A stretch of 40,661 nucleotides of DNA from Bacteroidales bacterium UBA2716 (GCA_002354005.1 DEKS01000148.1:1-40661), one strand, 5' to 3'; shown: positions 25,631 through 36,287, numbered from the stretch's first letter. Made by a program: numbers and translations. The notes: generated by a model from the sequence alone, not told the origin.

Positions 25631-25653
25631 CCCTAACACGTAACACAAGAACT

Positions 25654-28071
25654 ATGTCCAACCATTTTATCGCCGTTTTGGCCGGCCTGACAGCCGTTGT
25701 TTCTGTCCAGGCCCAACCCGTCCCGGAAGCCGGTTATCCCATCAACCCCGTTCCGTTTACCAGTGTAAAAATTGAGCAGAACTCCTTCTGGGGGCAGCGC
25801 CTCCGGGCCTCCCGTGAGGTCACCATCCCGCTGGCCTTCTCCAAGTGCGAGAGCGAGGGCCGCTATGAGAACTTCGTGAAGGCGGAAAAGCAAATGCACT
25901 CCCCGGTGAACCTGGGGTATGAGGTAAAAGGCTATTCCTTTGACGATACGGATGTGTACAAAACCATCGAAGGTGCCTCCTATGTGCTGCAAACCTATCC
26001 GGACAAAAAGCTGGAACATTACATTGACAGCATTCTGGTCATTGTGGCCGCTGCTCAGGAGCCGGACGGCTACCTGTACACTGCCCGCACTATGAATCCG
26101 GAGCACCCGCACGAGTGGGCCGGCGACCGCCGCTGGGTAAAGGACGAGGAACTGAGCCATGAGCTGTACAACCTGGGCCACATGGTAGACGCCGCCGTCG
26201 CCCATTACCAGGCCACCGGCAAGCGCAATTTCCTGGACATCGCCATCAAATATGCAGACTGCGTGGTGCGGGAGGTGGGCCCCCATGCCGGACAGGCCTG
26301 CGTGGTGCCCGGTCACCAGATTGCGGAAATGGCCCTGGCGCGCCTGTATCTGGCCACCGGGGAAAAGAAATACCTGGAAGAGGCCAAGTTTTTCCTGGAC
26401 GAGCGCGGCAAAACCGAGTATCGTGATGCGTACAACCAGACGCATCTGCCAGTGCTGGAGCAGGACGAGGCCGTAGGGCACGCCGTCCGTGCCGCCTATA
26501 TGTATGCCGGCATGGCGGACGTGGCCGCCCTCACCGGCGACGAGGGCTACATCCATGCCATTGACGCCATTTGGGAAAACATCGTTTCCAAAAAACTGTA
26601 CATTACCGGCGGCATCGGTGCTACCAATGCCGGCGAGGCCTTCGGCGAGAATTACCAGCTGCCCAACATGAGCGCCTATTGCGAGACCTGCGCCGCCATC
26701 GGCAATGTGTATGTGAACCACCGCATGTTCCTGCTGCACGGGGAGTCCAAGTATTATGACGTGCTGGAGCGCACCCTGTACAACGGCCTCATCAGCGGCG
26801 TTTCGCTGGAAGGCAACGGTTTCTTCTACCCCAACCCGCTGGAGAGCATCGGCCAGCATCAGCGCCAGGCCTGGTTCGGCTGCGCCTGCTGCCCGTCCAA
26901 CATTGCGCGTTTCATTCCTTCCGTCCCCGGTTACGTGTATGCCGTGAAGGACAACGCCCTGTACGTGAACCTGTTCATGCCCAATACCATGAAGCAGAAG
27001 GTGCTGGGCAAGGAAGTGGTGCTGTCGCAGCACACCGCCTATCCCTGGAACGGGGACATTGACATCACCGTGGACAAAACGGCTCTCCGCAAGGAGATGG
27101 CCCTCAAAATCCGCATCCCCGGCTGGGTGAAAGGGGAGGTGGTCCCCTCGGACCTGTATAAATATGCCGACGGCAAGCGCCTGGGTTACAGCGTGTGCCT
27201 GAACGGCGAAAAAGTGGAAAGCGAGCTGGTGGACGGCTACTTTGTGATTGCCCGCAAGTGGAAGAAGGGGGACAAGGTGAGCGTGCACTTTGACATGGAG
27301 CCGCGCGTGGTGAAGGCCCATCAGCTGGTGCAAGCGGACCAGGGACGCATTTCCATCGAGCGTGGTCCGCTTGTGTATTGTGCCGAATGGCCGGACAACG
27401 CGGGTTTCAGCGTACGCAGCATCCTCATGAACCAGGCTCCCAAGTTTGGCGTAAAGCATGCCGATGAACTTTTTGGCCTGGATAAAATCACCACCGGTGC
27501 ACAAACCCTGTCCTTCGGTGAAGATGGCCGCCTGGCCACCCAGGATGTGCTTCTCACCCTTATCCCGTACTATGCCTGGTGCCACCGCGGCAGCGGCGAA
27601 ATGGCCGTGTGGCTTCCGCAGTCCTTGCGTGCCACCAAGCCGTCCAAACCGGCTACGCTGGCCTCCGAGAGCGCAATAGACGCCTCCCATAAGGTCCGTT
27701 CCATCGGCGCCATCAACGACCAGCTTATTCCTGGAGATGAGTCATCCCCGTACTACCACTGGTGGCCCAAGAACGGTGGTACCGAGTGGATTACCTATAC
27801 CTTCAAGGCGCCCGCAACCATCTCGTCCAGCACCATTTACTGGTTCGACGACCAGCCCTGGGGCGGCTGCTCCGTGCCCAAGGCCTGGCGCGTCCTGTAC
27901 AAGAACGCGGCAGGGGAGTGGGTGCCCGTGGAAGGCGCCAGCGGCTATCCTACCGTAAAGGGCGCTGCCTGCGAAGTGAATTTTGCGCCGGTTACCACCA
28001 GCGCAGTAAAACTGGAAGTGGACCTGCCGGAGGAGCTGTCGGCCGGCCTGTATGAATGGGAAGTAAAATGA
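25654..28071 (+). CDS. GH127 beta-L-arabinofuranosidase (HypBA1-like), secreted, with C-terminal discoidin/CBM32-like domain
   Basis: Start moved to ATG 25654 (signal peptide MSNHFIAVLAGLTAVVSVQA; ORF-track start lies within the promoter region). FDDTDVYK, HELYNLGH, AVGHAVRA, AYCETCAAIGN, CACCPSN motifs. Confidence 0.92.
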   Translation: MSNHFIAVLAGLTAVVSVQAQPVPEAGYPINPVPFTSVKIEQNSFWGQRLRASREVTIPLAFSKCESEGRYENFVKAEKQMHSPVNLGYEVKGYSFDDTDVYKTIEGASYVLQTYPDKKLEHYIDSILVIVAAAQEPDGYLYTARTMNPEHPHEWAGDRRWVKDEELSHELYNLGHMVDAAVAHYQATGKRNFLDIAIKYADCVVREVGPHAGQACVVPGHQIAEMALARLYLATGEKKYLEEAKFFLDERGKTEYRDAYNQTHLPVLEQDEAVGHAVRAAYMYAGMADVAALTGDEGYIHAIDAIWENIVSKKLYITGGIGATNAGEAFGENYQLPNMSAYCETCAAIGNVYVNHRMFLLHGESKYYDVLERTLYNGLISGVSLEGNGFFYPNPLESIGQHQRQAWFGCACCPSNIARFIPSVPGYVYAVKDNALYVNLFMPNTMKQKVLGKEVVLSQHTAYPWNGDIDITVDKTALRKEMALKIRIPGWVKGEVVPSDLYKYADGKRLGYSVCLNGEKVESELVDGYFVIARKWKKGDKVSVHFDMEPRVVKAHQLVQADQGRISIERGPLVYCAEWPDNAGFSVRSILMNQAPKFGVKHADELFGLDKITTGAQTLSFGEDGRLATQDVLLTLIPYYAWCHRGSGEMAVWLPQSLRATKPSKPATLASESAIDASHKVRSIGAINDQLIPGDESSPYYHWWPKNGGTEWITYTFKAPATISSSTIYWFDDQPWGGCSVPKAWRVLYKNAAGEWVPVEGASGYPTVKGAACEVNFAPVTTSAVKLEVDLPEELSAGLYEWEVK

Positions 28072-30101
28072 GAAAAATTCTTGTAAGCACTGCGCTCGCG
28101 GCCCTTTGCCTGGCGGCGGGCGCCCAAACGCCTAAGAACGTACTCCGGATAGATGTGGATGCCCCCGGCATTCCCATCCAGCCCACCATGTACGGCATTT
28201 TCCTGGAGGATATCAATTTTGCGGCCGACGGCGGCCTGTATGCAGAGAAGATTGCAAACCGTTCCTTCGAGTACGACAACCCTCTTCAGGACTGGAAAAC
28301 CTTCGGGAAGGTGGAGGTCCTTACGGAAGGCGCACCGTTTGCCAACAATCCTCACTACGTACGCTTGAAAGCCCAGGCCCATCCTGCCATGCAGTGCGGC
28401 CTGCAGAACGAAGGCTGGTTTGGAATCGGCCTTGAAAAGGGGGCCGAATATAAACTGAGCTTCTGGGCCCGTACGGTAGGAAAGGCCAAAGAGGTGGGCC
28501 TGGCGGGCATTCTGTGCCAACCTGCCGGTCAGGTGGAAAACCAGAACCTGGCGCTGGCGGAAATCACCGTGAAAGGGAGTAAATGGACCAAGTATGAGGC
28601 TACCCTCACCGCTCCTGAAACCTTGGAGAAGGGTGCTTTCCGCTTGCTGCTGTGGGACGATAATCCCCAGGCGGCAGTGGACGTGGAACACATTTCCCTG
28701 TTCCCGGCAGAGACGTTCCACGGTGACGAAAACGGTCTCCGGAAGGACTTGGCACAGGCCCTGGCGGACCTCCATCCCGGCATCCTCCGCTTCCCCGGCG
28801 GCTGCATTGTGGAGGGAACCAACCTGGACAACCGGTATCAGTGGAAAAATACGGTGGGTCCGGTGGAAAACCGTCCCATCAACATTAACCGCTGGAACTA
28901 CGGCACCTTCGAGCGCATGTTCCCGGATTATTACCAAAGCGGCGGCCTGGGCTTCTATGAGTATTTCCGCCTGGCGGAGGAAATGGGTGCGGAGCCCGTT
29001 CCCATCGTGAGCTGCGGCATGGCCTGCCAGTTTCAGAATGACCCTGAGTGGAAGCCCAACTGCGCCATGGAGGACTTGCAGGGCTACATCCAGGACGCCC
29101 TGGACCTCATTGAATTCGCCAACGGATCCCCCAAGAGCAAATGGGGCAAGGTGCGCGCCCAGATGGGCCATCCGGCTCCTTTCAACCTCAAATACCTGGG
29201 CATTGGCAACGAGCAGTGGGGAGCGGAATTCCTGGAGCGCTTTGTCCCCTTCATGAAGGCTGTGCGCGAGAAATACCCTGACATAAAGATAGTGGGCACC
29301 TCAGGCCCTTATTCCGGCGGCGAATGGTTCGACGACCTCTGGAAAGAGATGCGCAAGCTTAACGTGGACCTGGTAGACGAGCACTATTACAGCTGGGAAG
29401 GCTTCTATGAGAAGAAGGCGGACCGCTATGACGACTATCCCCGCACCGGCCCCAAGGTGTTTGCCGGCGAATATGCCTGCCACGGCTCCGACGGCAAAAA
29501 GTTCAACCACTTCAACGCCGCCCTCCTGGAAGCCAGCTTTATGACGGGCCTGGAGCGCAACGCAGACGTGGTGGTGATGTCCAGCTACGCGCCCACCTTC
29601 GCCCACGTGGAGGGCTGGCAGTGGCGTCCGGACCTTATTTGGTTCGACAACCTCCGTGTCATGAAAACCTGTAGCTACTATGTGCAGCAGCTATACGCCA
29701 CCAATAAAGGCGACCGCGCCATCCCCATCGCGGTGGACGGCAAGCCCGTGGTGAATGCGAATGGCCTCAACGCTACCGCCGCCATGGACGATGCCACCGG
29801 CGACATCATTGTCAAGATGGCCAACGTGAGTCCGTACTCGCAGGTGGTGCGCTTTGTGCTCCCTGCGGGCGTGAAGGCGGCCGAAAGGACCACGCTGCAC
29901 AGCGAGAATCCGGTGGCGGAAAATACGCTGGAGGCCCCTGAGACCATTGTCCCGGAAACCAAGACACTGGATTTCACGCCGGTGGAGGACCCGGACAACG
30001 CCTGGCTCCTGGGCGTGCGCAAGCAGGAAGACGGAAGCATGGAATACAGTGAGCGGCTGGGCGGAAGAACCTTTGCCGTGTACAGATTTCACAGAAACTA
30101 A
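28068..30101 (+). CDS. GH51 alpha-L-arabinofuranosidase
   Basis: Signal peptide; YGIFLEDINFAADGGLYAE, LRFPGGC, GIGNEQWG, VDEHYY, VFAGEYA, MSSYAP; ATGA overlap with GH127. Confidence 0.93.
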   Translation: MRKILVSTALAALCLAAGAQTPKNVLRIDVDAPGIPIQPTMYGIFLEDINFAADGGLYAEKIANRSFEYDNPLQDWKTFGKVEVLTEGAPFANNPHYVRLKAQAHPAMQCGLQNEGWFGIGLEKGAEYKLSFWARTVGKAKEVGLAGILCQPAGQVENQNLALAEITVKGSKWTKYEATLTAPETLEKGAFRLLLWDDNPQAAVDVEHISLFPAETFHGDENGLRKDLAQALADLHPGILRFPGGCIVEGTNLDNRYQWKNTVGPVENRPININRWNYGTFERMFPDYYQSGGLGFYEYFRLAEEMGAEPVPIVSCGMACQFQNDPEWKPNCAMEDLQGYIQDALDLIEFANGSPKSKWGKVRAQMGHPAPFNLKYLGIGNEQWGAEFLERFVPFMKAVREKYPDIKIVGTSGPYSGGEWFDDLWKEMRKLNVDLVDEHYYSWEGFYEKKADRYDDYPRTGPKVFAGEYACHGSDGKKFNHFNAALLEASFMTGLERNADVVVMSSYAPTFAHVEGWQWRPDLIWFDNLRVMKTCSYYVQQLYATNKGDRAIPIAVDGKPVVNANGLNATAAMDDATGDIIVKMANVSPYSQVVRFVLPAGVKAAERTTLHSENPVAENTLEAPETIVPETKTLDFTPVEDPDNAWLLGVRKQEDGSMEYSERLGGRTFAVYRFHRN

Positions 30102-30104
30102 ACG

Positions 30105-31442
30105 ATGGAAATGAAGAAACTTGGATGGGGCCTGCTTGTGGTATTGGCACTGGCCGCCTGTAAAAAGGAAATCGGCCCCGGAGGAGAAAAACCCGGTCCG
30201 GAACAACAACCGGAGGAGGTGGTTATTGCTCCGCAAACCGCTATAGGGGAGATAATGATTGTTACCGATAACGGGGCGGCCGTGGACAGCAAGGATCCGG
30301 CCGACTATCGTCCTTGTACGGTGAAAGTGTTGGGCACCAGGTATGACGCCACCTATAATCTGGAAGCGCGGGGCGCTATCCGCGGACGTGGCAATTCCAC
30401 CTGGAACTGGTACCCCAAGAAGCCTTATCGCATCAAACTGGACGAGTCTGCCTCCGTGCTGGGCCTGCCCCAAAACCGCGACTGGGTGCTGCTGGCGGAC
30501 TACCGGGACGTGACGCACATGATGAACGCCACGGGCTTTTATCTGGCCAAAGAACTGGGCCTGCCCCATGCCAACCACATCCGCTATGTCAAACTCATCC
30601 TGAACGGACAGGACATGGGCCTGTATGCCCTTACGGAGCAGGTGGAGGAAGGCGGCAACCGCGTCAAACTGGATAAGGACGAAGGCATTCTGCTGGCCCT
30701 GGACATCAATGACGGCCCGGACGACGAGCCCCGTGCCACCAACAATTTCTGGAGTGAGGTATTCGAGATGGCCTGCGCCGTGAAATATCCGGACGACGCC
30801 ACCAAAGCCATCTCCAAGCAGGTGAAGGCCGCATTCGCTGAGCTGGAGCAGGCTATTGAGGACGAGGACTGGGAGGAAATCCAGGAGCTGCTGGACGTGG
30901 AGTCCATGATTCACTACATCCTTATCCAGGAAATTATCGGCAATGTGGAAATGGACAATTATCCCAGCATGCGCAGCGGCTTTATCCATCGGTATAATAG
31001 TGATGCCAAATGGGTGATGGGGCCCCTGTGGGACTGCGACGGCGGTTTCTCCTACAACTGGGGCGACATGTACGACTATTACGGCTGGGGACATACCTTC
31101 TTTGAGAATTACCGCTACCTGGTCTTTGGTTCGGATCCTTATAACCATTCCGGCGCATACGGCAGCACAGCATCGCCCTTCTTCTGCCGCCTGTTCGGCA
31201 TTCCCGAGTTTGTGGAAATGCTCCAAGCCCGCTGGAAGGAAACCCACAATGCCCTGCTGGAAGGCCTGCTGACGTATTTGGACGAGGTGGAGGAGCTGAT
31301 TGGCGAAGATGCCCAGGCGGACATGGAGCTCTGGGGCATCGACAATTACACGCACGAGGAAGAGTATAAAAAGTTGGTTACCTGGCTGGCCAACCGCTTC
31401 AATTACCTGGACGACGTTATCCGAAAATATCCCAAGTACTGA
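30105..31442 (+). CDS. CotH-family atypical kinase lipoprotein
   Basis: Lipobox ALAAC; IRGRGNSTW, KKPYRIKL, DWVLLA, GLYALTEQVE, MGPLWDCD motifs. Confidence 0.85.
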   Translation: MEMKKLGWGLLVVLALAACKKEIGPGGEKPGPEQQPEEVVIAPQTAIGEIMIVTDNGAAVDSKDPADYRPCTVKVLGTRYDATYNLEARGAIRGRGNSTWNWYPKKPYRIKLDESASVLGLPQNRDWVLLADYRDVTHMMNATGFYLAKELGLPHANHIRYVKLILNGQDMGLYALTEQVEEGGNRVKLDKDEGILLALDINDGPDDEPRATNNFWSEVFEMACAVKYPDDATKAISKQVKAAFAELEQAIEDEDWEEIQELLDVESMIHYILIQEIIGNVEMDNYPSMRSGFIHRYNSDAKWVMGPLWDCDGGFSYNWGDMYDYYGWGHTFFENYRYLVFGSDPYNHSGAYGSTASPFFCRLFGIPEFVEMLQARWKETHNALLEGLLTYLDEVEELIGEDAQADMELWGIDNYTHEEEYKKLVTWLANRFNYLDDVIRKYPKY

Positions 31443-32971
31443 TGAGAAAACTGTTATTCCTGTTTGCTGCACTTGCCGTTTCCCTGGTGGCCCTTTCCGG
31501 CTGCGGGGGAAGGGAGCATCCCTACACGATGGACTATACGGTGGCTGTAGATACCGTCGGTCATTATCTTCTTGTGGACCTGGATTTGTCCATGACACCC
31601 GGCTCAGGCCCCGTCACGCTGAACATGCCCCGCTGGACGCCGGGGTATTATGAGATGCTGGATTTTCCCAAGCACCTGTGCGACTTTTCCGTGGCGGATG
31701 CTGTCGGAACACCCTTGGCCTGGGAGAAGAGCGGGATGAACCGCTGGGTGGTCTCGCTTCCGGAAGACGGCCGCGTGAAGGTGTCGTACCGCATCTATGC
31801 CAACCGGAGGGATGTGGGATCCAGCCGCGTGGAAGGCGGAGTCGCCTTCGTTTCCCCGGCGGGCGTGTTCATGCATGTGGACGGCGACCTGCAGCATCCG
31901 GTGCGGGTGCGTTTCCGCCTCCCGGAAGGCTGGGAGAAAATTTCTTCCGGACTACTCCCCGTGGAGGGAACGGCAGATACTTTCCAGGCCGATGACTTCG
32001 ACCGCCTGTACGACAGCCCGTTCCTCCTGGGCAACTATTACACCTGTAATTTTGAGCACGAAGGACATCCTTACCATTTTGCCATTGAAACGCCCGAAGG
32101 TTTGGAAGAGAGCGGTTTCCGGGAGGATTTCTGCCGGATTGTGAGCGCAACTACGCGCCTGATGGGGGAGGTCCCCTATAATAACTACTGCCTCATCCAT
32201 ATGGGGGCTGGCGGCGGAGGCCTGGAACACTGGAACTCCCAGGCTTGCTATACGGACGGCACCTATCGGTTTGCGAACCGGGAACGGCAGGTCTCTTTCC
32301 TGGGCTTTGTTGCGCACGAGTACTTTCATCTGTACAACGTCAAGTGCATCCGTCCGGCAGAGCTGTGGCCCTTCAACTATGATACCGAGGCTGTTACGCC
32401 CATGCTCTGGGTAAGCGAGGGGCTCACTTGCTACTACGAGTTCCGTCTCATCCGCTCTTCCGGCGCGGTTACCCCGGAGGAGGCCCTGGCCCAGCTTTCC
32501 GGCTATTTCTCCCGCTATGCCCCATATGAGGGCCAGCGCCACATGAGCCTTCGTCAGAGCAGTTACGATATTTGGCTCAACTTCATGAACGAAGATGCCA
32601 ACGAGAAGGACGTCCGTATCAACTATTATTTCAAGGGCCCTGTAGTGGGGCTGCTCATGGACATTGACATCCGGCGCCACACTGCGCAGGCGAAGTCCCT
32701 GGACGATGTGATGCGCGGCCTCTATCAGCGCTATTACAAGGAACTTCAGCGCGGATTCACGGAAGAGGAGTTCTGGCAGGAGGTGGAAAAGACCTACGGC
32801 GGCCCCGTTCCGCATCTCCGCGCGCTTGCAAATACTACGGAAACAATTGATTATGAGGCGTATCTCAAGGACGCCGGCCTGTACGTGGATACGGCGTCCT
32901 GGTCCATCTGCCGGGTGGAGAGCCCTACGCCGGAACAGCGCGATTTTCTGGAACACTTGGATTTGATATAA
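31442..32971 (+). CDS. M61-family (glycyl aminopeptidase-like) metallopeptidase lipoprotein
   Basis: Lipobox LSGC; MPRWTPGYY, GGGLEH, AHEYFHLYNVK, LWVSEGLTCYY, NYYFKG; appears to lack the usual C-terminal PDZ. Confidence 0.88.
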   Translation: MRKLLFLFAALAVSLVALSGCGGREHPYTMDYTVAVDTVGHYLLVDLDLSMTPGSGPVTLNMPRWTPGYYEMLDFPKHLCDFSVADAVGTPLAWEKSGMNRWVVSLPEDGRVKVSYRIYANRRDVGSSRVEGGVAFVSPAGVFMHVDGDLQHPVRVRFRLPEGWEKISSGLLPVEGTADTFQADDFDRLYDSPFLLGNYYTCNFEHEGHPYHFAIETPEGLEESGFREDFCRIVSATTRLMGEVPYNNYCLIHMGAGGGGLEHWNSQACYTDGTYRFANRERQVSFLGFVAHEYFHLYNVKCIRPAELWPFNYDTEAVTPMLWVSEGLTCYYEFRLIRSSGAVTPEEALAQLSGYFSRYAPYEGQRHMSLRQSSYDIWLNFMNEDANEKDVRINYYFKGPVVGLLMDIDIRRHTAQAKSLDDVMRGLYQRYYKELQRGFTEEEFWQEVEKTYGGPVPHLRALANTTETIDYEAYLKDAGLYVDTASWSICRVESPTPEQRDFLEHLDLI

Positions 32972-32981
32972 GTCTAACCCT

Positions 32982-34220
32982 ATGCGTATGAAACTGATAA
33001 CCAAACACATCCTGACGGTGGCAGCTGCTCTCTCCCTAAGCTGCACCGGCCTGTTTGCACAGGAAGCGCCGCAACCCCTTTCTGATTCCCTGTACCGGAG
33101 TCTCGCCGCCACCCCGCCCATGGGATGGAACAGCTGGAACAAATTCGGCTGCAACGTGAGCGAGCAGCTCATCCGGGACATGGCCGACGCCATGGCCGCT
33201 TCCGGCATGGCGGATGCGGGGTACCAGTACATCGTCATTGACGACTGCTGGCAGGTGAGTCGCGACGCGGATGGCAACATTGTCCCGGATCCGGAGCGTT
33301 TCCCTTCCGGCATGAAGGCCCTGGCCGATTATATCCATAGCCTGGGCCTCAAGTTCGGCGTGTATTCCTGCGCCGGTTCCCTGACCTGCCAGGCCCGTCC
33401 GGGCAGCAAGGGCCACCAGTTCCAGGATGCCCTGCAGTATGCCAAGTGGGGCGTGGACTACCTCAAGTACGACTGGTGCTACAATGACGGCCAGAACGCC
33501 AAGGCAGCCTACCAGACCATGTCGGAGGCCATCAAGGCTGCGGGCCGTCCCATCGTCCTGAGCATTTGCGAATGGGGCGAGAACAAGCCTTGGGAGTGGG
33601 GCGAGGGCATCGGCCACCTGTGGCGCGTAACGCCGGATATCCGTGCGTGCTATGACTGCACCTTCGACTGGGGCGGCGTGGGCGTGCTCCAGTGCATCGA
33701 CGCCGCTGCCGACCTGTACCCTTACGCTGGTCCCGGCCATTGGAACGACATGGAAATGCTGGAAGTGGGCAACGGCGAGCTCACCTATGACGAGAACGTG
33801 ACCCATTTCTCCATGTGGTGCATGATGGCGGCCCCGCTGATGAGCGGCAATGACCTCCGGGAAATGGACCACAAAACGCGCGAAATCCTCACCAACAAGG
33901 AAGTGATTGCAGTGAACCAGGACCCGCTGGGCCGGCAGGGCATCCGTTTCATGAAGATGGGTGACCAGGAAATCTGGGCCAAACCCCTCGCCGACGGTGA
34001 AATTGCCGTGTGCTTCATGAACCGCAGCAGCCTGCCCTGGAAATTGGATTACAACTGGACCGCGCAGACCATGTACTTTGCCAAGGACGTGAACCTCAAA
34101 AAGAACACTTATACGGTACGGGACCTCTGGAAGCACAAGTACATCGGCACCACCAAGGACCGCCTGAAAGCGGAAATTCCCAGCCACGGTGTCCTGATGG
34201 TCCGTCTCACCCAAATGTAA
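32982..34220 (+). CDS. GH27 alpha-galactosidase
   Basis: Signal peptide; TPPMGWNSWN, IDDCWQ (Asp-Asp, alpha-galactosidase type), YLKYDWC nucleophile, WRVTPDI acid/base, WNDMEMLEVGN. Confidence 0.93.
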   Translation: MRMKLITKHILTVAAALSLSCTGLFAQEAPQPLSDSLYRSLAATPPMGWNSWNKFGCNVSEQLIRDMADAMAASGMADAGYQYIVIDDCWQVSRDADGNIVPDPERFPSGMKALADYIHSLGLKFGVYSCAGSLTCQARPGSKGHQFQDALQYAKWGVDYLKYDWCYNDGQNAKAAYQTMSEAIKAAGRPIVLSICEWGENKPWEWGEGIGHLWRVTPDIRACYDCTFDWGGVGVLQCIDAAADLYPYAGPGHWNDMEMLEVGNGELTYDENVTHFSMWCMMAAPLMSGNDLREMDHKTREILTNKEVIAVNQDPLGRQGIRFMKMGDQEIWAKPLADGEIAVCFMNRSSLPWKLDYNWTAQTMYFAKDVNLKKNTYTVRDLWKHKYIGTTKDRLKAEIPSHGVLMVRLTQM

Positions 34221-34226
34221 ACGCAT

Positions 34227-36275
34227 ATGAGGAAGACATTTGCCACCCTTTTTGCAGGCTTGCTCACGCTGGGCATGAACGCGCAGGACTTTGATGCCGC
34301 CTACGCCAAGACGGAACCCGTGCTCCATTGGGGGGAGAAATTGTACAACGGCGCCGTCCGGCCCGTTTGGACGGGGGAGGACAGTTTTGTGTTCCAGACA
34401 CGCGAGACTACCGGCGAGGTGTGGTACCGGGTATGTGGTACGCAGAAAGTGGCCGTGGCCAAAGAGGTCTATGAGAATGCCCTCAAGAGCGACCGCAAGG
34501 ACTGGTACGATGCCTCCGACGAGAGCCAGTACGCGGTACGCAAGGAAGTGAAGGAACTGTCTCCGGACAGCACCCGGGTGGCCTTCGTCCGTGACAACAA
34601 TGTCTGGATAAGCCGGGCCGATGGTGCCCAGCCGGTGCAGCTGAGCTTTGACGGAACGGACGGAGAGGCCTACAGCGAACTGCTTTGGTCGCCCGACGGC
34701 ACCCGTCTGGCGGCACTGAAAAAGGAAGTGCTCAAGGAGCGCCAGATCCTGCTCCGTGTTTCGCGGCCGGACATCCAGGTGCAGCCCAAGTACCGCTGGC
34801 TGGACTATGCCAAGCCCGGCGACCGCCTGCCCCAGTGCACGCCGGCCCTCTTCGACACGGAAGCGCAGGTGCAGATTCCCCTGAACCGCAGCATCCCCCT
34901 GGACCAGTACTTCCTGGTGCTGGGCCAGTGGTCGGAAGACAGCGAATTCTTTACCTTCGAATACAACCAGCGCGGTCACCAGCGTTATGAACTGTGCGCC
35001 GTGGATGCCGCTACCGGCGAGGTGCGCACCGTGACGCGCGAGCAGAGCGATACCTTTATCTATTACTATGACCTTTGGCGCTACCTGTTCCGTGACGGTA
35101 AACGCCTGCTCTGGATTTCCGAGCGCGACAACTGGCGCCACCTTTATATGATAGACACACGCACCGGCAAGGCGCGCCAGCTCACCAAGGGCGCGTGGAA
35201 CGTGCGGGAAATCCACCATGTGGACGAGGAGGGCGGTTTTGTGCTGGCCAATGCCAACGGCCTGGGAGCCGAAAAGGGAGAGGACCCGTATAACAAGCAT
35301 GTCATCCGCATTGACCTGGCTACCGGCAAGGTGACGGACCTTACGCCGGAGAATGCGCACCATGAGGCATCCTTCAACCCTTCCGCCTCGGTGTTTGTGG
35401 ACAATTACTCGCGTCCGGACCTGCCGTATACGTCCGTGCTTCGCAGCGCCAGGGACGGCAGCGTGCTTTTGGAAATCCAGCGGGAGGACATATCGGCCCT
35501 CCTGAAAGAAGGCTTTACCCTGCCGGAGGTGTTTGTGGCCAAGGGACGTGACGGCGTCACGGACATCTGGGGCACCATCTGGCGGCCCTCGCACTTCAAG
35601 GCGGGGAAGAAATACCCGGTGGTGGAATACATCTATGCCGGTCCGCACGACTCCCATGTGGACAAGAACTTCATGAATTATCCGCCCCGCTTCATGCGCC
35701 TGACGCAGCTGGGCTTCATTGTGGTGTGCATCGACGGCATGGGTACCGACAATCGTTCCAAGCAGTTCCAGGACGTGGCTTGGCGCAATCTCAAGGACGC
35801 CGGCTTTCCGGACCGTATCCTGTGGATGCAGGCGGCCGCCGCCAAATATAAGTACATGGACCTGTCCAATGTGGGCATCTACGGTTATTCCGCCGGCGGC
35901 CAGAATACCCTGGCGGCCCTGCTGTTCCATCCGGAGTTCTACAAGGTGGGCGTGGCCCTGTGCGGCTGCCACGACAACCGTATGGACAAAATCTGGTGGA
36001 ACGAGCAGTGGATGGGCTACCCCGTGGGCCCTTGGTACGGCGAAAATTCCAATGTGGACAATGCCTGGCGCCTGGAGGGTAAACTCTTCATTATCAACGG
36101 AGAGGTGGATGACAACGTGGACCCTGCTTCCTCGCTGCAGGTGGTGTCGGAACTTGTTAAACACAACAAGGACTTCGAGCAGCTCTATCTGCCCGGCTTT
36201 TCCCACAATTTGAGCGCTCCCTGGGTGACGCGCCGCGTATTTGAATTCTTCTATAGAAATTGTAAAACAAAATAA
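34227..36275 (+). CDS. S9 family serine peptidase with DPP-IV-type beta-propeller
   Basis: Signal peptide; propeller (LSPDSTRVAFVRDNNVW, WSPDG, GAWNVREI); YAGPH, GYSAGG nucleophile, DDNV, terminal His. Confidence 0.9.
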   Translation: MRKTFATLFAGLLTLGMNAQDFDAAYAKTEPVLHWGEKLYNGAVRPVWTGEDSFVFQTRETTGEVWYRVCGTQKVAVAKEVYENALKSDRKDWYDASDESQYAVRKEVKELSPDSTRVAFVRDNNVWISRADGAQPVQLSFDGTDGEAYSELLWSPDGTRLAALKKEVLKERQILLRVSRPDIQVQPKYRWLDYAKPGDRLPQCTPALFDTEAQVQIPLNRSIPLDQYFLVLGQWSEDSEFFTFEYNQRGHQRYELCAVDAATGEVRTVTREQSDTFIYYYDLWRYLFRDGKRLLWISERDNWRHLYMIDTRTGKARQLTKGAWNVREIHHVDEEGGFVLANANGLGAEKGEDPYNKHVIRIDLATGKVTDLTPENAHHEASFNPSASVFVDNYSRPDLPYTSVLRSARDGSVLLEIQREDISALLKEGFTLPEVFVAKGRDGVTDIWGTIWRPSHFKAGKKYPVVEYIYAGPHDSHVDKNFMNYPPRFMRLTQLGFIVVCIDGMGTDNRSKQFQDVAWRNLKDAGFPDRILWMQAAAAKYKYMDLSNVGIYGYSAGGQNTLAALLFHPEFYKVGVALCGCHDNRMDKIWWNEQWMGYPVGPWYGENSNVDNAWRLEGKLFIINGEVDDNVDPASSLQVVSELVKHNKDFEQLYLPGFSHNLSAPWVTRRVFEFFYRNCKTK

Positions 36276-36287
36276 TAACACAAAACC

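Noticed and set aside
25534-25653. 40-aa N-terminal extension of GH127 in the ORF track
   Set aside because: Overlaps the operator and -7 box; a proper signal peptide starts at ATG 25654.
25633-27690. 685-aa minus-strand ORF, and similar ones at 27945-29171, 29691-31598, 31952-33313, 38633-40165, 40150-40632
   Set aside because: Antisense shadows of the right-arm operon; the last one masks the real hypD frame.
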